A stretch of DNA of 64,000 bases from an uncultured Spirochaetota bacterium (GCA_963734545.1 CAVTHO010000003.1:352001-416000); one strand, 5' to 3'; shown: positions 43,891 through 54,502, counted from the stretch's first letter. Notes: a model not told the origin generated them from the sequence alone. Program-made: numbers and translations.

Positions 43891-46620
43891 ATGGTCATAC
43901 ACATGTTCGGCGGCCGCGCGGGTGGAGCCCGCCGTGCTGCAGTGCGGCTCGCCCTGCTGGCAGCTCTTGCCGGCGGAGCTCTCCTCCTCTCCGGCTGCGC
44001 AACCTTGCGGCCGGACCCGGGCGCCTCGGCCGGCACCCGGGTTCTGCACGCCACGCTCGAAAATGGACTGCGCGTCATCATCGTGAAGACGTCCCTCGCG
44101 CCGGTGGTCGCGCAGCAGCTCACCTTCTTTGCAGGGGCCAATCAGTCCCCGCCGGGGTTCCCCGGTATGGCTCACGCGGAGGAACATATGATGTTCCGCG
44201 GCTCCCCGGAAATATCGGGAGACCAGTTTTCCGCGATCACGGCGCAGCTGGGGGGGGACCAGAATGCGTTCACCCTTTCCACGACCACCACGTACTATCA
44301 CACGGTACCGGCGGACGACCTGGATCTGACGCTGCGCATGGATGCAATCCGGCTTGCCGGTATCGACAACGATCAGGCCGCCTGGGAAAAGGAGCGCGGG
44401 GCCATCGAGCAGGAGGTGGCACGGGACAACTCCAGTCCTTCCTATGTCCTGCAATCAAGGGCGCGGGAGCGCATCTTCGCAGGCACTCCCTATTCGGACA
44501 CCGGTCTCGGCACGAAGTCGTCTTTCGACCGGACGACTGCCGACATGCTCAGGAGCTTCCACGAGAGCTGGTATGCGCCCAACAATGCGCTCCTGGTTCT
44601 CGTCGGAGACGTGGACCCGGAGGCGGTGCTTGCGAAGGTGAAACAGCTCTACGGGCCCATTCCCGGAAGGCCCGTTCCTCCCCGGGAGGACATCGCGCTC
44701 CGTCCGGTGGCGTCGGACACTTTCAGCTCCACCACCGACCAGCCCTACGGCTTTGTCGCCTACGTCTTCCGCGCGCCGGGCTACCGGGCCCCCGACTATC
44801 CGGCCGCGCAGATTCTTTCCCGCGTGATGGACTCTCCCCGCGGCGCCATCACCGGGCTGGCATACGAGGGGAAGGCCCTCAACGCGGGGTTCACCATGCA
44901 GACTTTTCCCGACACCGGCTACGCCACCGCGTGGGCCGCATTTCCACAGGGAGGGGATGAAAAGGCGCTGGCGGAGGAGCTGAAGAGCGCCGTCAAGCAG
45001 GCGCTGGCCGGCATCCCCGGGGATCTCATCGAAGCCGAGCGCCGGCGCGTGGTGCTGGAAAGCGCGCAGCGGGGCAATTCGATTTCCGGGCTGGCCGACT
45101 CCTGGACCGATGCCGTTGCCGTGAAGGGGCTGGATTCCCCCGACAGGGAAGGGGAGCTGCTCCAGAAAGTGGATGCGGACGCGGTGAAGGCCGCTGCCGC
45201 GCGCCTGCTGGACTTCGATCATGCCATCACCCTCGTGCTCACCCCCGCATCCGGCACCACGGCACCCAGGGGCGGCGGGGCGTTCGGATCGCCTGAATCC
45301 TTCGCGTCCACCCCCGAGAAACCGGTGGCGCTTCCCGCCTGGGCTGCCGCGGCGCTGGCAAAGCTTCCTCATCCGAAGCCCCTGTTCGCACCGACCATCT
45401 ACGACCTGTCAAACGGACTGCGGCTCATCGTGCAGCCTCTCTCTTCCACCAGCGCGGTGAGCCTTTACGGAAGCGTCCATACCAACGAAAATCTCCAGGC
45501 GCCTCAGGGGCAGGAAGGCGTCGAGGACATGCTGAACACCCTCTTCGCCTGGGGCCCGAAAGGAATGAGCCGCGAGTCCTTCGAAGCGGCGTGGGACTCC
45601 ATCGGGGCCGACTACTCGGCGGGCACGTCTTTCTCCCTGAGCGTGCTGCCTGAATACTTCGACAGGGGCGTCGGGCTGCTGAGCGAGGACCTGCTCCAAC
45701 CGGCCCTGCCGACAGATGCCTTCGCAAGCCAGCAGCCTATCCAGGGCAGGCAGGCTGCCGGCAATGTGCAGAGCCCGGTCTTCCAGTTCCGGATCGCCGT
45801 TCAGAAAGGTCTCGTGCCCGCGGGCGACCCCTCCCTGAGGAAGCCGACGCCCGAGTCCATCGCATCCCTCACCGTGGACGCGGTGCGCGCATATCACCAG
45901 GCGGTGATGAGGCCCGACATGACCACGATAGTCGTGATGGGCAGGATAGAGCCGCAGGCGGCGCGCGCGGTCATCGAGAAGTACTTCGGCGCATGGAAGG
46001 CCTCCGGCCCGAAACCCGTCCTGGACTACAAGCCCGTTCCTGCCTCCGTGCCTTCCGAGGTGTTCATTGCCGACGCAGTGCGGGAGCAGAACGAGGTCGT
46101 TCTGACGGAGACGCTGCCGCTGACATACGAGGATCCCGAGCGGCATCCGCTGCGGCTGGGAAGCGAGTTCCTCGGGGGGGACAGCTTTGCCAGCCCCCTC
46201 TACCGCGAGCTCCGGGTCAAGCGGGGCCTTGTCTACAGCGTCGGCAGCTCCGCCGGGTTCGGCCGCACGCGCTCCCAGTTCTCGTTGAGCTTCGGCGCCT
46301 CCCCGGACAAGGTCAAGGAGGCCCGGCTGATCGCCTTGCAGCTCGTGAAGGCCATGGCGGATACGCCGCTGTCCGAGCAGGACCTGCATCTCGCCAAGGG
46401 ACAGTCCCTGCGCCAGATCGAGCTCTCCAACCAGACCGCCTCGGATATCGCCCAGAGCTGGATCGGCTACAATGAGGAGGGGCTCTCGCTCAACCGGTTG
46501 TTCGAGGTCGCGCGCGCCTACGAAAGCCTGACCGCGGAGCAGATCCAGGCCGCTTTCAGGAAGTATGTCGACCCCGACAGGTTGTCCACCTTTGTCCTCG
46601 GCCAGCCCTATGGCCGGTAG
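43891..46620 (+). CDS. M16 (pitrilysin-like) zinc protease, lipoprotein; start approximate
   Basis: Lipobox LLSGC, LENGLRVI, GMAHAEEHMMFRG (HxxEH), WYAPNNA, second half LSNGLRLI, ELRVKRGLVY. Confidence 0.88.
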   Translation: MVIHMFGGRAGGARRAAVRLALLAALAGGALLLSGCATLRPDPGASAGTRVLHATLENGLRVIIVKTSLAPVVAQQLTFFAGANQSPPGFPGMAHAEEHMMFRGSPEISGDQFSAITAQLGGDQNAFTLSTTTTYYHTVPADDLDLTLRMDAIRLAGIDNDQAAWEKERGAIEQEVARDNSSPSYVLQSRARERIFAGTPYSDTGLGTKSSFDRTTADMLRSFHESWYAPNNALLVLVGDVDPEAVLAKVKQLYGPIPGRPVPPREDIALRPVASDTFSSTTDQPYGFVAYVFRAPGYRAPDYPAAQILSRVMDSPRGAITGLAYEGKALNAGFTMQTFPDTGYATAWAAFPQGGDEKALAEELKSAVKQALAGIPGDLIEAERRRVVLESAQRGNSISGLADSWTDAVAVKGLDSPDREGELLQKVDADAVKAAAARLLDFDHAITLVLTPASGTTAPRGGGAFGSPESFASTPEKPVALPAWAAAALAKLPHPKPLFAPTIYDLSNGLRLIVQPLSSTSAVSLYGSVHTNENLQAPQGQEGVEDMLNTLFAWGPKGMSRESFEAAWDSIGADYSAGTSFSLSVLPEYFDRGVGLLSEDLLQPALPTDAFASQQPIQGRQAAGNVQSPVFQFRIAVQKGLVPAGDPSLRKPTPESIASLTVDAVRAYHQAVMRPDMTTIVVMGRIEPQAARAVIEKYFGAWKASGPKPVLDYKPVPASVPSEVFIADAVREQNEVVLTETLPLTYEDPERHPLRLGSEFLGGDSFASPLYRELRVKRGLVYSVGSSAGFGRTRSQFSLSFGASPDKVKEARLIALQLVKAMADTPLSEQDLHLAKGQSLRQIELSNQTASDIAQSWIGYNEEGLSLNRLFEVARAYESLTAEQIQAAFRKYVDPDRLSTFVLGQPYGR

Positions 46621-46627
46621 GCCTGTC

Positions 46628-48454
46628 ATGGGATCCCTTGCCGATCTGGTTTACCTCCCCCGTCCCCGCGATATCCGGCCTGCGGCCGGTCACTTCAAGG
46701 CGCTCGCGGGCGCGCGGATCGCTCTCCTGGGCAACGTGCAGCCCCTCCTCTCTTCCGCGGTCCTCCTGCAGAAAATCGCGCATGATAGGGGGGGCATGGA
46801 GTGGCACATCGCGGCAGGCGCGGGCGGTGATGCGCCTGCCATCGCTCTTTCCATGACGGGCAATGCGGCGGCCGAGCACTATCGTGTGAGGATCTCCCCT
46901 GCGGGGATCGACGTGACCGCGTCAGATGCGGCGGGAATGTTTCGTGCGGTGACGACTCTCGGCCAGGTCATCCGGCAATCTTCGGGCGCCCTGCCTGCCG
47001 GAGAGATCGTCGACTGGCCGGATTTCCCCGTGCGCGGTCTCATGCTCGATATTTCCCGGGACAAGGTGCCGACCATGGAGACCCTGTTCTCCCTGGTGGA
47101 CCTGCTGGCTGACCTCAAGATCAATCACCTCCAGCTCTACACGGAGCACACCTTTGCCTATTCGGCGCACCGGGAGGTCTGGGCAGAAGCGAGCCCGATG
47201 ACAGGTGAGGAGATTCTGGCCCTGGACGCGTACTGCCGGGAGCGCTTCATCGAGCTTGTTCCCAATCAGAACTCTTTCGGCCACATGAGCCGCTGGCTTA
47301 CCCACGCGCGGTATCGGGACCTTGCCGAATGTCCGGATGGGTTCGACTCGCCGTGGGGCTTCGAGCCGTACGGCCTCGATCCCACCAACCCGGCCTGCCT
47401 CGAGCTCCTTGACGGCTTGTATGCCGAGCTCCTGCCCCATTTCGGAAGCCGGCTCTTCAACGCTGGCTGCGACGAGACGTTCGATCTTGGCATGGGCAGG
47501 AGCCGGGAGCTCTGCGAGCGGGTGGGCAAGGGCCGCGTCTACCTTGATTTCCTTCAGAAGATCCATCGGCTGACGACCGCCCATGGGCACACCCTCCTCT
47601 ACTGGGGGGACATCATCATGCAGTATCCCGCGCTCGTGCCCGAGCTCCCGCGGGACGGGATTGCCCTGGAGTGGGGCTACGAGGCGAACCATCCTTTCGA
47701 GGAGCACGGGGCCCGGTACCGTCAAGCGGGCGTGCCCTGGTGGGTCTGCCCCGGCACTTCCTCCTGGAACTCCATCGCGGGGCGCACGGACAACTGCCTG
47801 GCGAACATCCGCGCCGCGGCGCGCGCCGGGCTGACGCACGGGGCCACCGGTTTTCTGAACACGGACTGGGGTGACAATGGGCACTGGCAGGTCCTGCCGG
47901 TCAGCTTTCTGGGCTACGCGGCCGGAGCGGCTCTTTCCTGGTGCCTCGAAGCAAACGGCGCAACCGATTTCAGCCGTGAGCTGGACATGCATGTCTTTCG
48001 CGACGGGGCGGGCATCATGGGCACTCTTGTCCGGGACCTGGGCAATACCTATCAGCACGAAGGGCCGCTGAAACACAATGGGAGTGCGCTCTTCTATATC
48101 CTGCAGAGCCGCAAGGACGTCATTGAGCCGCGGGAGCTCTCATCCGCCGCGCTCGGAGAAGCCCGGGCATGGGTCGATTCGTCAGCGTCGAGGCTTGCCG
48201 AGGCCCGGATGGTTCGGCCTGATGCAGCGCTCATTCTCGAGGAATACGCCAACACCGTGCGCCTGCTTCACTGCGCGTGCGACCACGCGCAGGCTCTCCG
48301 GGACGGCACGCTGGATGACAACACGGTTATGGCCCGGGCCCGCGATGAGCTTCGCTTCGCCCTCGGTGAGTACCGCAGGCTCTGGGTGCGCCGGAACAGG
48401 ATAGGCGGCCTGGCGGACAGCGTGCGGAGGCTGGAAAGACTGCTCCCGTCTTGA
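46628..48454 (+). CDS. GH20-family beta-N-acetylhexosaminidase
   Basis: DWPDFPVRGLMLDISR, NSFGH, NAGCDETFDLG, TDWGDNGH. Confidence 0.85.
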   Translation: MGSLADLVYLPRPRDIRPAAGHFKALAGARIALLGNVQPLLSSAVLLQKIAHDRGGMEWHIAAGAGGDAPAIALSMTGNAAAEHYRVRISPAGIDVTASDAAGMFRAVTTLGQVIRQSSGALPAGEIVDWPDFPVRGLMLDISRDKVPTMETLFSLVDLLADLKINHLQLYTEHTFAYSAHREVWAEASPMTGEEILALDAYCRERFIELVPNQNSFGHMSRWLTHARYRDLAECPDGFDSPWGFEPYGLDPTNPACLELLDGLYAELLPHFGSRLFNAGCDETFDLGMGRSRELCERVGKGRVYLDFLQKIHRLTTAHGHTLLYWGDIIMQYPALVPELPRDGIALEWGYEANHPFEEHGARYRQAGVPWWVCPGTSSWNSIAGRTDNCLANIRAAARAGLTHGATGFLNTDWGDNGHWQVLPVSFLGYAAGAALSWCLEANGATDFSRELDMHVFRDGAGIMGTLVRDLGNTYQHEGPLKHNGSALFYILQSRKDVIEPRELSSAALGEARAWVDSSASRLAEARMVRPDAALILEEYANTVRLLHCACDHAQALRDGTLDDNTVMARARDELRFALGEYRRLWVRRNRIGGLADSVRRLERLLPS

Positions 48455-48516
48455 GTCCACGGAGTGCGGAGTACCGCTCAAACGGAGAGTGCTCGCTTCC
48501 GCTCGTGGGTCCGTTT
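48453..48516. repeat. Palindromic element cluster between convergent genes
   Basis: gagtccacgg-agtgcggagtaccgctc followed by an aaacgga...tccgttt hairpin. Confidence 0.75.
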
Positions 48517-48539
48517 GTACCGTGGCGCGCTAGATCGCG

Positions 48540-49669
48540 CTAGATATAGTTCAGCCCATAGCCCGGCAGCGGCAGAGGGAATAACCGGGCAAGGATTTCC
48601 CGCAGAGTCCCGTCCTCTGCCGCGGGCGGCGTATGCGCGACCGAGCCGAACACGAGGGCGGTGAGATCTGCGTCATCGGCAATGGCGAGCTCCGCACCCT
48701 TGTATCGGAAAACAACAGCCGGCCCGCACTGGATCGTAAGCCCTGCGCGTTCCCCCTGGGTCAGCCTGGAAGCGATGTGCCCTTCGATTGCTCCGAAGAA
48801 ACCCGCCCGGTCGAGGATCTTCATCGTCCCGTGGAATCCGCGCGGAGACGAGGAAAGGTCCCCGGCATGGGCGAGGGTTTCCATTTCAAGGTCCGTTGCA
48901 GTTGTCTCGATCTCCACGCCGGGGCGCCGGTGGCGGCACAAATCGCCGGCAGCGCGGCAAGGAGCGCGTGCCGGGACCCGGCAATTTCAAGCGCCTTGAG
49001 AACTCTTTCTCCGCTCCGCTGCTCGGGCCCCGTGGTGCACACGTAAGCGGCGAGCTTCTGCCCCAGCCGGCACACCCATGTGCGTCCGGGACGTGCGTGC
49101 AGCGAGCGCGACTCCAGGAGAGTCCGCATCTCCTCCATGCCGCGCTCGAACCGCACCGGTTCGGCCTGATACAGCGCAGCCATTTCAGGGATGTCACGGC
49201 CGGTCCATTCAGCCACGTCGCATCCCAGCCGGGGCAGGCTGCTGGTCTCTTCCACGCGCACGGTCCGCCAGAGTCCGGCGTCCACGCAGCCCATGCGCCT
49301 GTACAGCCCCCGGCCGCCGGAAACAAGGACAGCTACGGCTCCCTGCTCCGCTGACCGGGCAACCACCGCTTCCACCACGCGCCCTGCCATGCCCTGCCCG
49401 CGAAACTCCTCGAGGGTGCACACCGCTCCGACGAGCCCCACCCTGATCTTCGTTCCCGCAAGGCAGAGGTCACGCAGGACGCCGCCGGCCAGCGCCACCG
49501 GTCTTCCCTCGTCGAGCATGATCTGCAGGTTCTCCAGATTGTCCGCATCAAAGAGCGTGGGAAAGGACGTTCCCATGTCCGCATCGTCTCCGCGGCGGAA
49601 AACGGTGTTTGCAAGGCGGACCACCGCGTCCAGCTCGGCGGGCAGTACCGCCCTCGGTCCCTCGATCAT
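48540..49669 (-). CDS. GNAT acetyltransferase (Eis-like); frameshift at ~48922
   Basis: VGAVCTLEEFRGQGMA, LYRRMG; C-terminal part in ORF 48540-48941. Confidence 0.75.
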
Positions 49670-49770
49670 GGCGCCACGGTACGGGGTATTCCCCGAACGG
49701 GTACTCCCGTACTCCTTTGATTCATACTCCCACTATACACGGGCATGCGCGGACATGCAAAATAATCTCC

Positions 49771-50655
49771 ATGAAAAGGCGACCGACATCAAAAGACTGG
49801 CTCCCCCTCGCGCGCGCGGACGGGCCGGCCGTCGAGGCGCCCACCGGCGAAGCGTTTCGCACCGAGTGGATCGATTTCGACAGGGGCATCCGGGTCGGCA
49901 ACCTCGAGCCTCACGAGCGCATCACGCGCATTCTCAAGTTCCGCCTGGAAGAAGAGTACGGCACCGGATTCGTGACCGACCGGTGGGGGCGGGGCGTCTA
50001 TTGGCAATGGATCTGCTGGGTGCCCCGGGCGGATCGTGATGCCAAGCCCCTTTCGAGCAGCGTGAACTTCGGCTGCGCAAAGCTCTTCATATCGCAGGAC
50101 CGCCCCGCACGGGTGTTCCAGTGCGGGCTCCAGGTGGAGCGCGGCGCCGAATCCGCGTCGCGGTACTCCGCGGATTCCGCGTCGCGGTACTCCGCGGATT
50201 CCGGCGAAGGAGAGGTGGTGCTCCAGGACGACTGGGACTGGCACCGGCTCATGCGGCAGTGCGCGGCGAAAACGCCGCTGGACGACGAGCTTCACCGGCT
50301 GGTACGGAAGGAAGGATTCGTGGCCCGTATCTGGGGATGGCCGGGAGCGCCTTCATTCACCGCTGCAAATTACCGGTCGGCGGCCCAGATCCGGCAGGCC
50401 GCGCGGAAGGCCCCCCGGGACCGGTGGGCGGGTTTCCAGCTCTACTATCCAATGCCCGAGCCGGAAGTGCGCGCCACCGGGGGCTACGATTTCGTGCAGG
50501 CGATCATGGGTGCCTTTTCCGAGGTGATTCCCGCCATGAACCTCTGCATGCAGGTCACATTGGCTCCGGCACGCCCGCTCAGCGCGCCCGGTCCCGGATC
50601 GGCGACTCCTTCAGGAACAGCGCGAGGCAGACAGCGGCCAGCGTCAGGGCGATGA
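49771..50655 (+). CDS. Hypothetical Trp-rich protein carrying an in-frame hairpin duplication
   Basis: Coherent ORF (DRWGRGVYWQWICW, DWDWHR); SASRYSAD x2 at 50152-50199. Confidence 0.65.
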   Translation: MKRRPTSKDWLPLARADGPAVEAPTGEAFRTEWIDFDRGIRVGNLEPHERITRILKFRLEEEYGTGFVTDRWGRGVYWQWICWVPRADRDAKPLSSSVNFGCAKLFISQDRPARVFQCGLQVERGAESASRYSADSASRYSADSGEGEVVLQDDWDWHRLMRQCAAKTPLDDELHRLVRKEGFVARIWGWPGAPSFTAANYRSAAQIRQAARKAPRDRWAGFQLYYPMPEPEVRATGGYDFVQAIMGAFSEVIPAMNLCMQVTLAPARPLSAPGPGSATPSGTARGRQRPASGR

Positions 50656-51799
50656 GGGCCACGAGGGAGCTGGTCATCGAGCCGCTGGGGGACTTCAGCG
50701 CATCCATCGCGAATATGAATACGATTCCGGAAAACTGACCCATCACGATGAGCATGCTGTTCGAAGTGCCCTCGGGAGCGGGAAGGGTGATCTCGGCCCC
50801 GTACTGGAAGCCGATTGGCCCTGCGCTCAGCAGGAACATCCCGAACACCACGGCGGAGACCGCCAGCAGCCACCACGTCGTGGCGAATGTGAGGCCCGCC
50901 AGGCCGGGGAGCAGCCCCGCGAGGGCGAGAATGATGAATGGCTTCCGCCTTCGCGTGGCATCGGAGATGAGCGGAATGACGACGGCGCCGACGACTCCGC
51001 CGATCAGCATCAGGCCGCCCGCCAATCCGGCCTGGGCCGTGGTAAATCCGCGCGGCCCGACGATCTCCTCGATCCACGTGGTGATTCCATTGAACAGGCC
51101 GAGCCCGATGAAGAATATGATGAGCAGGAGGATGAAATCCTTCTGCCGGATCATGCTTTTCAGCCCGTCGAACATGAGCGTTCTCTCGTCATGACCGGCA
51201 GGCCCCGGGGGCGTCGGCGGATGCTCGCGGGCCGCGACGACGAAAAGCACCGCGGCGAGGCAGGACACGGCCCCGCCGATCAGGAGCATGCCCTTCATTC
51301 CATAGCTGCCCATCAGGAGAGGGGTCAGTATCAACGACGCGAGGATTCCGAGGTAGATGGAGAGGGTGCCCAGCCCCGCGGCCGTTGCCCGTTCATCATT
51401 CAGGAACCAGCGGGCGCCCAGCTTCGTGATGGCGCCGAGTATCAGCGGCTGGCCGATGGCGATGCCGATCTGGGAGACGAAGACGAGCGCGAAATTGTCC
51501 GCGAATATGCCGCGGGTCAGGGCGAACACCGCGGTAAGAATCGCGCCGAGGGACACGGACTTCCGGAACCCCCAGGTGTCGATGAGCCAGGCCGACGGGA
51601 GGAACAGGAGGATGTAGACCACCATGAAAACCATGGACAGGAGGCCGATCGCGATATCGGAGGCGGCGTAGAACTTCATCGCGTCGCTCGTGATGGGGGC
51701 GAATGTGATCCAGAGGCCCTGGTTCAGCGCGGTGATGAACATGAACACCGCCAGGATCACCCACCGGTATCCGTACGTCCTGATTGTTCCTTCCTCCAT
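50579..51799 (-). CDS. MFS transporter
   Basis: About 12 hydrophobic segments; YRWVIL, WITFAPI, ARWF..ERATA. Confidence 0.88.
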   Translation of the reverse strand: MEEGTIRTYGYRWVILAVFMFITALNQGLWITFAPITSDAMKFYAASDIAIGLLSMVFMVVYILLFLPSAWLIDTWGFRKSVSLGAILTAVFALTRGIFADNFALVFVSQIGIAIGQPLILGAITKLGARWFLNDERATAAGLGTLSIYLGILASLILTPLLMGSYGMKGMLLIGGAVSCLAAVLFVVAAREHPPTPPGPAGHDERTLMFDGLKSMIRQKDFILLLIIFFIGLGLFNGITTWIEEIVGPRGFTTAQAGLAGGLMLIGGVVGAVVIPLISDATRRRKPFIILALAGLLPGLAGLTFATTWWLLAVSAVVFGMFLLSAGPIGFQYGAEITLPAPEGTSNSMLIVMGQFSGIVFIFAMDALKSPSGSMTSSLVALIALTLAAVCLALFLKESPIRDRAR

Positions 51800-51862
51800 C
51801 TGGCCCTCCTCTGTCAAAAACCCACTATATAAGCGCGTGTTCCCGGTATCAAGGAAACAACT

Positions 51863-53042
51863 TCACGTGCGCGTCGCGACGGAGCGTTTCACCATGGCGA
51901 CGATCGCAAGGGAGAGCACGACAAGCACAAGGGTGAGGCCGAGATAGAACCAGAACCCTCCGCGCAGGCCGATGCTTTCCGCGACGACTGCCATGAGGAA
52001 CGGGAAGGTGAATGAGCCCAGACCGCCTCCGGTCGCGACGGTCCCCACCGCAAATCCGCTCTTGAAGTAGCGGCCGACGATGGTCATGACGAGCGGGTAG
52101 AGCGCGGACAGGCCGAGTCCCGTCAGGAAGACTCCCACTGCCACCGCGGCGGTGGAGCTCACCACGAGAACAAACCCCAGCGCGACCGCGGACAGCAGGG
52201 AGAGACCCAGCACCAGGTATTCCTGGCGGGTGCCCCGGTAGAGCACCGAGACTCCGAGCCGGCCGGCGAAAGATACCCAGCCAGAAAAGCGAAACGGAGA
52301 AGGCGCCCGTGGAGGTGCTGGTTGCGAGCACCTTCACGAAATACTCTGAAACCCACGTGGAGACACCGAGCTCCGCTCCCACGTAGAGGAGCAGGAAGAG
52401 CGTCAGGAGGAGCAGGACGGGGCTGCGCAGGAGCCGGAGCCCGTGTCTCTGTCCATGTTCGTCCTCCTGGGCGAGCCGCGGGAACCTGGCCGTGCCGAAG
52501 AGAAGCGCCATGAGGGCAATCGGCCCGGCCGCGGCCAGGAAAACGACCGTCCCCCGAATGCCCAGGCTCATGAGAATGCCCACGGCGGCCGGTCCCACGA
52601 TTGCTCCCACGGAAAAGGCCGCATGCATGAGGTTCATGAGCCTGCTCTGGCCCTTCCGCTCCATGTGGATGACCTCGAGATTGGTCACCACCTCGATCGT
52701 GCCCTGTCCGAGCCCGATCATCAGGTTCAGCGCCAGATTGAGCCACGGTGAACGCCACCGCATGAAGAAGAGCATGCAGACCGCAATGAGCAGCAGGCCG
52801 GTGACCAGCACTGTCCGTGGGGAGAACCTCTGCACGAGAAAGCCGCAGAGGAATGTCGAAAGGAAGTAGCCGATGGCGCTGGCAGCCAGCACGACCCCGG
52901 TGAGGGTGTACGACCAGTGGAACGTCCGGATGATCTGGGGGAGCGCCGCACCGATTATGGTGAAGAGGATCCCGAAAATCACGAAGCCGGCAAGGAAGAG
53001 GACATACAGGCGCCGTGTCTCGCGGTTGAGTGACTGCATCAT
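51863..53042 (-). CDS. MFS transporter (FucP/TsgA-like); frameshift at ~52270
   Basis: IGAALPQI, MNLMHAAFSVGAIVGP, LYVGAE; C-terminus in ORF 51863-52246. Confidence 0.85.
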
Positions 53043-53206
53043 ACGTGTGATGTCTATCTATAGAGGATCGCATCGCTCTGGTCAAGACATCGCGGTATTC
53101 CGCGGATTGAGCGCCTGCCGACATCGTCGTATTGTGACTTCGCCGTTTTTGTGCTATATCCGGAACTGCATCTCCACTGACACACCGAAAAGCCCGGAGC
53201 CTGATT

Positions 53207-54103
53207 GTGACGTCCCGATCCATTGCGATCATCTTGTGCGCGACAACTCTCGCCCTGCTCCTCGGAGCATGTCCCGCGCACGCGCAAGCTGCTGCGTCAG
53301 GCGTCACTATTGATGCCACGAGCGCGGCCACAGGCACGGATGCCGTTACGTCCGCGTCGGCAGCGGGGACTCGATCCGGCAGCGGCCGTGCCGCGCTCGA
53401 CCTTGCGAGCATTCTGATGGGCCCCGGGTTCATTCTCGCGTGGGTCCTTTTCGCGCTCGGATGCGCATGGCGCGTCATCCAGTTCAGCCGCCTGACCCGG
53501 CTCGCGCAGCACACGCCGGCCGCCGGCGTGCAGCTCACCGCTCCCCGTCCGGAGATTGCTGATCGGGAGTTCCTGCTCAGGGGCGAGTCCTGGCTGGGCC
53601 GACTTTTCTCACGTTATCGAAGATGGGAACGGGGAACCGTTTTCGGCGGCCACCCCGTGATGGCAAGGGTGAGCCTCGTGTTTCACTTGCTTCTTTTCCT
53701 GGTTCCGCTGCTTCTTCCCGCGCACAACAACCTTCTCTCCCGGGCCCTTGGCGTGGGCCTGCCTTCCCTTCCGGCGCCACTACTGGACATGCTGACGCTC
53801 GTCTTTCTGGTCATCGGCGGGTTTTTCCTCGCGCGCAGGATCCTTGTTCCGCGCGTCAGGATCCTCAGTACCCTGGGGGACTACGCCATCCTTCTGCTCG
53901 TTGTGGCGCCGTTCATCACCGCTTACGCGGCCCATCACCGATGGCTCGACTATCACGCGCTTCTCATGGCGCACACGTTCGTCGGGGAAGCGCTGATTGC
54001 CGCCATTCCGTTCACCAAGCTGGGTCATATGCCCTTCCTGATATTCTCGCGCTTCTTCACGGCCTCCGAGTACTCGTTGAAGACGGCGGGCCGCAGGTGG
54101 TAG
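53207..54103 (+). CDS. NarI/HmcE/TmcC-like membrane cytochrome b subunit with an exported N-terminal extension
   Basis: HP....SLVFH, PAH, MAH, IPFTKLGH histidine pattern in TM helices; signal-like N-terminus. Confidence 0.7.
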   Translation: MTSRSIAIILCATTLALLLGACPAHAQAAASGVTIDATSAATGTDAVTSASAAGTRSGSGRAALDLASILMGPGFILAWVLFALGCAWRVIQFSRLTRLAQHTPAAGVQLTAPRPEIADREFLLRGESWLGRLFSRYRRWERGTVFGGHPVMARVSLVFHLLLFLVPLLLPAHNNLLSRALGVGLPSLPAPLLDMLTLVFLVIGGFFLARRILVPRVRILSTLGDYAILLLVVAPFITAYAAHHRWLDYHALLMAHTFVGEALIAAIPFTKLGHMPFLIFSRFFTASEYSLKTAGRRW

Positions 54104-54105
54104 CA

Positions 54106-54483
54106 ATGGACGCACGGACCCGGGAGAGGATCGCCAGGATCGTCGCGAAAAAGGAGGGATTGATCAGGCTCTCCCTGCAGGCATGCGCGCACTGCGCCTT
54201 CTGCGCGGAGAGCTGCTTCATGTACCGGCAGAGCGGCGGCGATCCCACCTGCACTCCCTCCTACAAGGCAATCAATTCCATCGGGAAGATCTGGCGGAAG
54301 AAAGGGAAGCTGTCAGAGGCGGAATATGCGCGGATCAGGGAACTTGCGTGGGACAAATGCGTGCTGTGCATGCGCTGCTACTGCCCGGTCGGCATCAACA
54401 TCCCGTCCCTGATCGCCGCGGCGCGCGGCGCGTGCAGGGAACAAGGCGTGCTGCGCACCTATGACGCAAAGAGGAACGCCTGA
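54106..54483 (+). CDS. 2x[4Fe-4S] dicluster protein (HdrC / HmcF N-terminal-like)
   Basis: CAHCAFCAESC and CVLCMRCYCPVGI. Confidence 0.8.
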   Translation: MDARTRERIARIVAKKEGLIRLSLQACAHCAFCAESCFMYRQSGGDPTCTPSYKAINSIGKIWRKKGKLSEAEYARIRELAWDKCVLCMRCYCPVGINIPSLIAAARGACREQGVLRTYDAKRNA

Positions 54484-54502
54484 GGGCGGAAGCGAGGAAG
54501 AC

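Noticed and set aside
41485-46620. 1,711-aa ORF suggesting an aminotransferase-M16 protease fusion
   Set aside because: Artefact: the first ~205 codons are antisense to the cyclo-ligase, and a frameshift at ~43745 bypasses the natural stop at 43811-43813. The M16 part has its own lipoprotein signal.
53132-53160. Rex-type operator (TTGTGA) upstream of the cytochrome b-metVF operon
   Set aside because: The second half-site TCACAA is absent; TTGTGA-17-TATATC fits a weak promoter better and is not secure enough to list.
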